DNA of 32,258 bases from a virus (taxonomy: Duplodnaviria; Caudoviricetes). The stretch covers positions 1 through 32,258 of IMG/VR virus record IMGVR_UViG_3300020045_003629; one strand, given 5' to 3'. The translations under genes and the position numbers were made by a program. Shown here in pieces: positions 25,158 through 32,258 of the stretch. Below the pieces are notes generated by a model. The model did not search any database, was not told the origin of the DNA, and was given only the letters and a program-made list of their open reading frames with translations. Numbering within the stretch: position 1 is the stretch's first letter; each line of letters starts with the position of its first letter.

Positions 25158-26183
25158 TTAGTATGCCACTACGTAGAAATCCCCGTCAACCGCTTCGGGT
25201 TGTTGGATAGTCGCCAAAGTGGCGGCTGTGAATTTTCTAGTTGGTTCGATAAAATCAGTTGAGTAAGCAGGAGTCTCTCCGATAGGAAAAGAAATCATAG
25301 GCAGACCAACTGTAAAGACGATACGGTGGGGTAACTCTAGGGCGTCCGCTACTGGGTTCGCTAAATCGCGAATTGCAGCAGATAAATGCTCATAGTTTAA
25401 CCAAAGAGAGCCACGGAAAGTAAACGCAGGGAATACCCCGAACTCGTTTTGAATTTCTGTAAAAGCAATACCCCTAAGGTTGTTTACGTCTTTCTCATCT
25501 AAAACGATGTTAAACATTTCGTCGGTCATCCAACCGATTTTCTCAGAAGCTAAAACCATTTTCAAAGATGTGGACTGAGCGTCAACAACTTTTTTCAAAA
25601 TAGCGATTACCTGGTCAAAAGTCATAGTCATCTGCAAAGCAAGAGTTAACTCAGCATTTTGCGGGATAACTACGTGTACCGGAGTGTTGGCTAGAATCTT
25701 TTTCCACTGGCCGTCGTCTTTGATGTAGGCAGGCAGTAACGCCGCGTTTTCCAAATCCGCCGCAATGTAGGTTTTATCCCCCAACCAATACGTTTTAATC
25801 ATTGAGAAGTTAAGGCGCATAGCCTGCTCTTGCTCTTTTGCGGAGATTAATGCATCTGTCGGTTGCGGATCCGCCAAATTAACGCCATAGACTTCTCTCT
25901 GCCCTACTGACAAGTCAGTTAAGCAAATGTTACACGCTGCGTTCATTTGGATAGTCGTGTTAGTCAAAACCTCAGGGGCTTCGCACTCAGTGCCCGCCGA
26001 GCAGTTCGCTGCTAGGATTGCGTCGGTTATTACCGTAGGCGCTAGTGTGTAAATCTGAGGCGTCAAAGTTACCGAAGTATTATACTTTCGTGTAACCTCT
26101 GCAAGTCCTCTGATTAAAGCCTGTTGAAAGTGGCTTTCTTCTAAAGAGAAGCCAACGGGCACCATGTTATTTGATGAAATCAT
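25158..26183 (-). CDS. Major capsid protein (putative)
   Basis: 341 aa following protease and scaffold; YWLGD..DDGQWKKI motif like Bacteroidota phage capsids. Confidence 0.8.
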   Translation of the reverse strand: MISSNNMVPVGFSLEESHFQQALIRGLAEVTRKYNTSVTLTPQIYTLAPTVITDAILAANCSAGTECEAPEVLTNTTIQMNAACNICLTDLSVGQREVYGVNLADPQPTDALISAKEQEQAMRLNFSMIKTYWLGDKTYIAADLENAALLPAYIKDDGQWKKILANTPVHVVIPQNAELTLALQMTMTFDQVIAILKKVVDAQSTSLKMVLASEKIGWMTDEMFNIVLDEKDVNNLRGIAFTEIQNEFGVFPAFTFRGSLWLNYEHLSAAIRDLANPVADALELPHRIVFTVGLPMISFPIGETPAYSTDFIEPTRKFTAATLATIQQPEAVDGDFYVVAY

Positions 26184-26189
26184 AGTTTA

Positions 26190-26774
26190 CTATTTAAGAT
26201 TGATTTTTGATAAGTCTATCGATTTACCCGCAACTTTGAAAGTCTTAGGTTTTGGGTCTGTGCCCTCGCCCTCTGCAGGCGCGGCGTGTGACATAGTCGC
26301 TCTAAAAGTAGCGATAGTGCCTAGTGCTGTGGCTAAGTCCGTCTCAAGCTTAGTGATACGCCCCTCAGCCGTAGCTTGGAACTCTCCCGCAACTTCTAAC
26401 GCTTCGGCTACCGCCTCCACGAACTCCGCAGTTTCGGCGCTCATTGCTTCGGCTGCAGGGTCACCCTCGATTGGAGTCTCCACAACGCTTACAACTTTAC
26501 CCGCTAAAACTTCCACCGTATAGGTAGTAGTGTCGGACGTAAATACGTGAGTGCCGTCTGTAGCCGTTACGGCTACGCCCTCGGCGATTTCTGAAACGTC
26601 GCCTATTTCGGTAAAAATTAATTTCTCACCGCTTACCGCGTCATCAATTTCTAGCTTTGCGGTTGCTGAGCGAGGAGCTTTCGAGCCTTTCAGCTTGGCC
26701 AATCTCTCACGCCACCCTAAACTCACGCCCTCTGCTTTGGCAAAAAATCGCGCGCTAATTGTTCTTTTGTTCAT
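26190..26774 (-). CDS. Putative scaffold protein
   Basis: 194 aa, acidic, ATDGTH motif and coiled coil, between protease and capsid. Confidence 0.7.
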   Translation of the reverse strand: MNKRTISARFFAKAEGVSLGWRERLAKLKGSKAPRSATAKLEIDDAVSGEKLIFTEIGDVSEIAEGVAVTATDGTHVFTSDTTTYTVEVLAGKVVSVVETPIEGDPAAEAMSAETAEFVEAVAEALEVAGEFQATAEGRITKLETDLATALGTIATFRATMSHAAPAEGEGTDPKPKTFKVAGKSIDLSKINLK

Positions 26775-26782
26775 ATCTGTTT

Positions 26783-27295
26783 TTAAATTGGTTCGTACTC
26801 TCTTTCCATGAAGCCTAAAAATATGAGGTCTTCTTTGCTTAAAAAGTTGTCATTCTTTTTTAGAACTTCTAACATACCAGGCTCAACTGTTGTATTTTCT
26901 GCGACCACCCTGTCGGTGATTTCGTCGTGTAATTCTAAAACTTGCAACATTTCTTTTAGGTCGTTAACGATAAGTCTCTCGTCTTTAATGCTAAAGCCCG
27001 AAGAGTGATAGAGGAACCTAGCCCAATCGGTACAAAGTTTTATGTCCCCTAATAAAAATAAAAACATTCCGCACGAGTAGGCGTAGTCTTCTACGTTTGT
27101 TATAATGAAATACCCCTCCGCTTTTTTAGCTGCGATAGCTTGCTCCATTTCTATAAAAACATCGGTGTCTCCTCCGATGCTTTCAATATCTATAAGAACT
27201 ATACAAGGTCCCGTTAAGCTATTTATAAAAGCGTTGAACCTAATTAAAAGATCCTGCGTAAACTCTTCATAAATGTTAAATTCTACTGTGTCCAT
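26783..27295 (-). CDS. ClpP-like prohead protease
   Basis: IESIGGD, AYSCG (catalytic Ser), FLYH (catalytic His), FLSKEDLIFLGF. Confidence 0.85.
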   Translation of the reverse strand: MDTVEFNIYEEFTQDLLIRFNAFINSLTGPCIVLIDIESIGGDTDVFIEMEQAIAAKKAEGYFIITNVEDYAYSCGMFLFLLGDIKLCTDWARFLYHSSGFSIKDERLIVNDLKEMLQVLELHDEITDRVVAENTTVEPGMLEVLKKNDNFLSKEDLIFLGFMEREYEPI

Positions 27296-27525
27296 TTAGG
27301 GCAAATGTTTTCGGGTTCTTTTGCAAATATTTTTGTGGCTAGTGGGCAGGAGCAATGCCCTGTACAAACGTAGCCGTCTATGTCTACCATTACGGCGTTA
27401 AGGATTTCAGTATAAGAGCTTAACTTTTTAGTCGGGCACTCCGCGCAAATGTTAGCACGTCTTTTCTCCTCCTCGCCTACTTTACCTATAATGTTCTGTT
27501 TTAGGGCCTGTAAAAAATCTCTCAT
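27283..27525 (-). CDS. Small Cys-rich putative zinc-binding protein
   Basis: RANICAECP..CTGHCSCPLATK..CPKW. Confidence 0.8.
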   Translation of the reverse strand: MRDFLQALKQNIIGKVGEEEKRRANICAECPTKKLSSYTEILNAVMVDIDGYVCTGHCSCPLATKIFAKEPENICPKWTQ

Positions 27526-27543
27526 CGTAAAGTAGTTTAAAAC

Positions 27544-27674
27544 AAAAAAGCCTTATCCACGTAGAGCGGATAGGGCTTTTTAAATTGGTCTTAGAGATAA
27601 ATGGCTGTGCAGTACATCATCATACTGGGTTAAAGTTGTGGCAAATATAACTATTATTTTTATATATATGCAAC
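27544..27674 (-). ncRNA. Promoter-to-terminator cassette 2 (about 90-nt sRNA or attenuated leader of the head operon)
   Basis: TTG (27673-27671), TATATTTG (27649-27642), hairpin CAGTA/TACTG 27610-27627, terminator GCCCTATCC..GGATAAGGC-TTTTTT 27576-27544. Confidence 0.6.
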
Positions 27675-27684
27675 ACATACGCAT

Positions 27685-27814
27685 AAAAAAAAGCTCGAAC
27701 TTTCGCCCGAGCCTCCCCCTTTCACTAAAAAGTTAATAATTTCCCCAAATCTAATAATCTTTTAATTTCTACTATTCGGCTACAAATATAATAATTTATT
27801 TAATAGCCTTTCAA
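27685..27814 (-). ncRNA. Promoter-to-terminator cassette 1 (about 90-nt candidate antisense sRNA)
   Basis: TTG (27814-27812), TATATTTG (27790-27783), no ORF, terminator GCTCGGGC-GAAA-GTTCGAGC-TTTTTTTT 27712-27685 (probably also ends the tape-measure transcript). Confidence 0.65.
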
Positions 27815-30493
27815 CTAATTGGAATTTATTTTTATATTCTGATTATTTTTAACCTCGTCAAAATCTGATACAACTAGAACAGGCTGACTCGTTGGCGCTA
27901 TGTCTTGTACGGGTGGAGCGTCCACCGTGGCGACCGTTTGCGTTCGCGCAGGGTTTGAGAATACCGCTGCAGGCGTTGACGTTGTGCCACCCGAAGCGCT
28001 CGAGCTTGTGGAACCTCCCCCGCCTCCGTTTTTATCCGTTTTAAGTATATTCTTAACGGCCATAAATCCGGTAGCCGCCGCAGCTGCTACCGCTGGAATT
28101 GCCGCAGGGTACCCAAGCGCTACCCCCGCAGAAATACCCTCATAGGTATTTATTAAAGCCAAACCGACTGCAACCGCTTTACTGTCCCCGAATATAGCAG
28201 ACGCCGTCGCTAAAGAGTCTTTAACCATTCCGACGTTAGTCGCACGTTTGGCCGCCGCAATCTCTTTATCTATTTTCTTTGTGGCCGTAGCGTACTTTTT
28301 GTCTTCTAATTCTTTCAAGACCCTTACCTCTTCGGCGGTCTTCTTTTCATTTGCGAAGTCTTGGTCTAGGGCGAGTTTTTTCTGCTCGGTCTGTAAATCT
28401 AGCGCAGCCTTTTGTATTTCAAGCTCAGAAAGGCCTTTATCCTGTAAGGCCAAAAGCTCTAACTCTGTACGGACGTCAAGCATAGTTTGCGCCTCTTGAC
28501 GTGCCACCTCTTCGGCTTGTTTTTTACTCGCCTTGTAGTTATTTTCGATTATATCTATACTCTCGAGATACCCCTTTTGTATTTCCAACTTAGCGGCGGC
28601 CTTTTCGGAATCCAAAAGTTTAGAGTCTTCGACGCTTTTCTCTTGTACAGATTTTAGAAATGCGGCGTTTGAGAGCTCGTCTAGCATTGCTTGCTCCGAT
28701 AACTTTTTACGGTCTTCGAATTTACTCTTTTGTGCGTCAATCTCTTCGGTTATCGTCTTTTGCGTTAGCTCGAGTATCTCGGTGGACTGCGCTTTCGCCA
28801 AAGTTATAACAGCGAGTTGCGCCTCTTTTTCTGTTATTACGGTTTTAGATCTTTTAAACTCTACAAGAGCGATCTCTTTTTCTGTAATGCTTCGAATAAA
28901 AGCGAGACGCTCCTCGGCGGACTGGTTTAGCTGCGCATTTTTGGCGCGCTCTATAGCTATCTCAGTCTCTTTATTTTTGATCGTGGCCTGTAGCGCTTTT
29001 TCGGCGTCCGTTCTCTGCTTATCTGCGCGCTCTTTGGCTTTGGTTGCTGCGTCGTCCGCGAGTTTGTCCTCGGCGTTTTGCGACTTCTCTAGTCTTTTTG
29101 TCGATTCCGCTTGTATATCGATCTTTCCTAACTCTGCTTTTTTAATGGCCTCCAGTTGGTCCTCGGTAATCTTTCCGGTATTGAGTAAATAGTTCCCGTA
29201 GGCCAAGGTGTTGGCTTTCAAATTGGCTACCTCTTTTTGGGAAAGTTCGCCTTTAATCCTCGCCGCCTCTATAGCATTTTTAAGTTCGGCGTCCGCTAAA
29301 GCTGATCTTTGTTTAAAATTCTGCTCCTCGATCTTTTGGGCTTTATTCAAAAACGCGATACGCTGTTGCTCGGTTAGCGTTCTATTCTTGGACTTAAGTA
29401 TTAACTCGTCGTACTGTTGAGAGGCTTTCGCGTTGGCGACCTCTTGGGACCGTTGCAGGTCTGCGAGTTCTTGCTGAGCTTCTTTTAATTTCGAGGCGGC
29501 GTCGTAGGCCTTTCCCATTCCGCCGATAAGATTACTAAAATCTAAATTGTACACCGCTTTGCCTAGTGCGCTAAACGCTGCAGCTACCCCCGCCGTGATC
29601 TGTTCTATCGCGTCGAGTACAGGATCCAATTTACTTAAGTAACTGATAAGCGCGACGACTAAAATAACGATTGCCCCGATACCCGTGGCGGCTAACGCTG
29701 TGGCAAAACTCCACATAGATACCGTACTCACATCTGTAGCAATTGCGACAACCTCCTGTCCTGCTGCAAGCTCTACGGAGGCGACCGCTTGGGCTTCGGT
29801 AGCCGCGGTCTGGACCGCTTGAGACTCTGCGGCCAATTGCGAAGAGGTCTTAAATCCTAATTGCGCACGCGTGCCCTCGACAAGTTTAGCGGTGTAATCC
29901 GTAACGCCTTTCGCGGCGCCTGTTACACCCTCGCCAAAGCCTCTAACTATTGTACGCGCCTGTTCGCCGTTAACGCCAAACTTTTCTAGAGCTGCGTCTA
30001 CACCAAAAAGCGCCTGTCTATAATTGCCTGATATCGTCGAGGCTTTCTCTTGCGCGCTCGCATTGCTTTTTAGATAGGCGTCGTTTTGATTTATTTTGGC
30101 GTTCAAAAGGTCTAAGGCTTGCGCCCCCTCTTCCGTGGAAGTGTTCACCTGGTCGCGTATAGTTTTTAGCTCCTTCGTTTGGGCTAAGGCTTGCGCCCTG
30201 CTTTTCGCCGACTCGGTGAGCGCTTTATTTTCCTTAAGCTCCGAAAGAGTCAAATCATTAATCGCCGCCGACTGCGCCTTATACTGAGCGTTAAGCTTTT
30301 TAAGCGCCTGCTCATTTTCGACGAACTTTTTAGTTTGCTCACCCGTGGCGTCACCGTTTTTCGTTATGTCTTTCCTTAATTCGGAATTAGATTTCTGTAA
30401 TTCGAATATTTGCTGTTTGGTGTCAGCTATAGACTTATTGGCCTCGGTCTTATCGATCGTAAGGGTCGCTATGTTTATTATCTCTTCGGCCAT
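27815..30493 (-). CDS. Tail tape measure protein
   Basis: 892 aa, Ala/Glu/Lys-rich helical; ALAATGIGAIVILVVALISYL and AVGLALINTYEGI hydrophobic motifs; C-terminal PVLVVSD. Confidence 0.9.
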   Translation of the reverse strand: MAEEIINIATLTIDKTEANKSIADTKQQIFELQKSNSELRKDITKNGDATGEQTKKFVENEQALKKLNAQYKAQSAAINDLTLSELKENKALTESAKSRAQALAQTKELKTIRDQVNTSTEEGAQALDLLNAKINQNDAYLKSNASAQEKASTISGNYRQALFGVDAALEKFGVNGEQARTIVRGFGEGVTGAAKGVTDYTAKLVEGTRAQLGFKTSSQLAAESQAVQTAATEAQAVASVELAAGQEVVAIATDVSTVSMWSFATALAATGIGAIVILVVALISYLSKLDPVLDAIEQITAGVAAAFSALGKAVYNLDFSNLIGGMGKAYDAASKLKEAQQELADLQRSQEVANAKASQQYDELILKSKNRTLTEQQRIAFLNKAQKIEEQNFKQRSALADAELKNAIEAARIKGELSQKEVANLKANTLAYGNYLLNTGKITEDQLEAIKKAELGKIDIQAESTKRLEKSQNAEDKLADDAATKAKERADKQRTDAEKALQATIKNKETEIAIERAKNAQLNQSAEERLAFIRSITEKEIALVEFKRSKTVITEKEAQLAVITLAKAQSTEILELTQKTITEEIDAQKSKFEDRKKLSEQAMLDELSNAAFLKSVQEKSVEDSKLLDSEKAAAKLEIQKGYLESIDIIENNYKASKKQAEEVARQEAQTMLDVRTELELLALQDKGLSELEIQKAALDLQTEQKKLALDQDFANEKKTAEEVRVLKELEDKKYATATKKIDKEIAAAKRATNVGMVKDSLATASAIFGDSKAVAVGLALINTYEGISAGVALGYPAAIPAVAAAAATGFMAVKNILKTDKNGGGGGSTSSSASGGTTSTPAAVFSNPARTQTVATVDAPPVQDIAPTSQPVLVVSDFDEVKNNQNIKINSN

Positions 30494-30497
30494 AATT

Positions 30498-32258
30498 TTA
30501 TAATTGTTCGGTTACTTTAAATCTCCAGGTCATGTTCGTTATTGATATAGACCCGTCCATCGTCCCCGAGCCTGCTCTATTCTCTTCGGATAAATCTAGG
30601 TAGGCGTCAATGAGAATAACGTCCCCCGCCTCGGCCCTAAAAATACCTATCGCGCTAACGTTAGGGTACTCTATATCAGAGCTCGAGTTTTTATACCTGT
30701 CTATTATACCAGCGGAATATATCTGTATGAATTTAGCCCCGTTTTTCCACAATTGAAAAAATATTTTAGTTCTAGCCTCAGCCTTACCTCCTCTGTTTGA
30801 GCAGTGCATTTGTAAAAGTTCTATAGTTAGATCAACGGTCACGATAGAGGGCCTGTCGAATTGTAGGACTTTAAACTCTACGGGCGGGCGCTCCGAAAAG
30901 CCTGTGTAAAAATCTAGGTCGCCGATAGCAGGCGCGAAAGTGTCCGCTATGTTTATAGGCGAGGTGATCTTAGTAGAGTAGTTTAATCGCCGTTTAATCC
31001 CGTTAGTGTCATTTGCCCCATATGTGAAAATAGTGTCTTGCTCACTTTTAAACTCGCTGACAAAATTGGCCCTCCCGTCGTGCGCCACATTTACAGTAGC
31101 TTCGCGAGAAACGCCCCCCTCTTGGGACGTAAATCTGAAAAGTATATCAGAGTTAGACTTTACGTTTTCCGCTTCTATGTTTGAAACTTTCAACTCAAAT
31201 GCGACGCTTACGTCGAAAATAGTAGGGAACGCTAAGACCTGCACGCCGTTTACAAATATATTGTTTTTGGTAAGGTCTGCCGCTGTTACGGTCATAGTCG
31301 CGGGGGGCGAAACATTTTGCGCTGAATATAAAGCGTTCACGTCTAGTATGAAAACGTCGCCGTAAAAACTAACTTTTAAATTTTGGTCAAATACTACAGG
31401 TGCGTCGACTATAGTTTTTTCGATCATCAAGCACTTAACCTTAACACCATCTTTCTTAGAGGTGAAATTTAATTCTATCGGCAGCCAATAAGTTGATAGC
31501 TGTTTAATAAAAAATACCTCGGCCATTTTAAAGTTAGCCAAAAATATAGCGTCATACCTAAATGACAATTGCCCTATCGTTGGCAGGGCTATGTTATTGC
31601 AATACGGTTGGTGAAAGTATTGCCAAAGCTCTAATATATTAGGCGAAAAGGCTTTATTTAAAGTTTGGTAACTCAGTTCACCGTTAGAGTAAATAGGTAC
31701 AGAGGTTACAGCCGTCTCAAATCTAAAAATATTCATAGATTGAGGCTCGGTAATCTCATCGAACGCTCGAGGCAAAATAGTACCGTCCTCCTCGAGATCC
31801 TGATCGGAGAAAAGGCGTAAATCCCCCGCGCCGAAATCACTCTTTAGGTATTCGGTTTTGTCGACTATCGATTTATTGTTATTAAAAAACCCGTTGTAAA
31901 AGTCGGGGCTGTCTGAATACGCCAAGGTATTGACTTTTGCCAGGCCCCCCTCAAATGCGTACTCCTTAAATCCCGTGAACTTGTCGGAGTAATCGACAAA
32001 ACGGCTCTTTATACTCTCGATGTTTTTCCACAAAAATAGCCCCAGGCTCCTGGATGAATCCGAAACCTCGATATAGCCGTTGAACGTTTCCAAAAAGTCG
32101 AGTATGAAGTCGTAAGCTGTCATAGTATCAGCGAAACGCGGCGTACCGTCGGGGCCGTAAACCCCCACGTTTGAATTAGTATAGTACTTTCCGATGTTTT
32201 CGTCGGTAAGAATGTCACCCGTGTAGGCGTAGCCTAGAAAGGTGAATACTTTTAGAAT
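30498..32258 (-). CDS. Tail tip/minor tail protein, 5' partial
   Basis: Frame stays open from 32168 to the window end (ILKVFTFLGYAYTGDILTDENIGKYYTNSNVGVY..); beta-rich; adjacent to the tape measure. Confidence 0.75.
   Translation of the reverse strand: MLKVFTFLGYAYTGDILTDENIGKYYTNSNVGVYGPDGTPRFADTMTAYDFILDFLETFNGYIEVSDSSRSLGLFLWKNIESIKSRFVDYSDKFTGFKEYAFEGGLAKVNTLAYSDSPDFYNGFFNNNKSIVDKTEYLKSDFGAGDLRLFSDQDLEEDGTILPRAFDEITEPQSMNIFRFETAVTSVPIYSNGELSYQTLNKAFSPNILELWQYFHQPYCNNIALPTIGQLSFRYDAIFLANFKMAEVFFIKQLSTYWLPIELNFTSKKDGVKVKCLMIEKTIVDAPVVFDQNLKVSFYGDVFILDVNALYSAQNVSPPATMTVTAADLTKNNIFVNGVQVLAFPTIFDVSVAFELKVSNIEAENVKSNSDILFRFTSQEGGVSREATVNVAHDGRANFVSEFKSEQDTIFTYGANDTNGIKRRLNYSTKITSPINIADTFAPAIGDLDFYTGFSERPPVEFKVLQFDRPSIVTVDLTIELLQMHCSNRGGKAEARTKIFFQLWKNGAKFIQIYSAGIIDRYKNSSSDIEYPNVSAIGIFRAEAGDVILIDAYLDLSEENRAGSGTMDGSISITNMTWRFKVTEQL

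Noticed and set aside
27766-27773. AGTAGAAA shared between the sRNA 5' end and the tRNA-like anticodon arm
   Set aside because: Only 8 nt, AT-rich and same-sense; easily chance
900-31365. Numerous plus-strand ORFs of 60-152 aa in the track
   Set aside because: All lie antisense to long minus-strand genes, are Ser-rich shadow frames and show no recognisable motifs
1-32258. Diversity-generating retroelement, introns/inteins, integrase or stop-codon recoding
   Set aside because: No reverse transcriptase, recombinase or TR/VR pair seen; core genes are normal length and uninterrupted under the standard code

Overview
Most of a tailed dsDNA phage genome (siphovirus-like; probably Bacteroidota/Flavobacteriaceae host, inferred from TTTG-N19-21-TAnnTTTG promoters, A-rich leaders lacking Shine-Dalgarno sequences and a Gln(+1) signal peptide). 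Almost everything is on the minus strand. In transcription order: tail-tip gene (5' partial), tape measure, Cys-rich protein, ClpP-type prohead protease, scaffold, capsid, probable tail tube, portal, head-tail genes, beta-helix tailspike, holin-like genes, GH24 lysozyme; then an early/replication module (HTH, DUF2800, DUF2815 SSB, family A polymerase, primase/VirE helicase, VRR-NUC, C5 methyltransferase, SNF2 helicase, small early ORFs); then TerS, TerL and tail-completion-like genes. The first ~765 bp are inverted relative to the rest. The most interesting non-coding signals are: (1) two tandem 141-bp promoter-to-terminator cassettes, one carrying a perfect 15-nt antisense match to the DNA polymerase translation-initiation region; (2) a tRNA-like element with an aberrant anticodon arm immediately upstream of that target; (3) two homologous GTAAACAA-iteron origin-like regions bracketing the whole replication module; (4) a pseudoknot leader. 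The tailspike also carries an unexpected Sec signal peptide. All protein calls come from motif recognition by eye and gene order; no database search was run.
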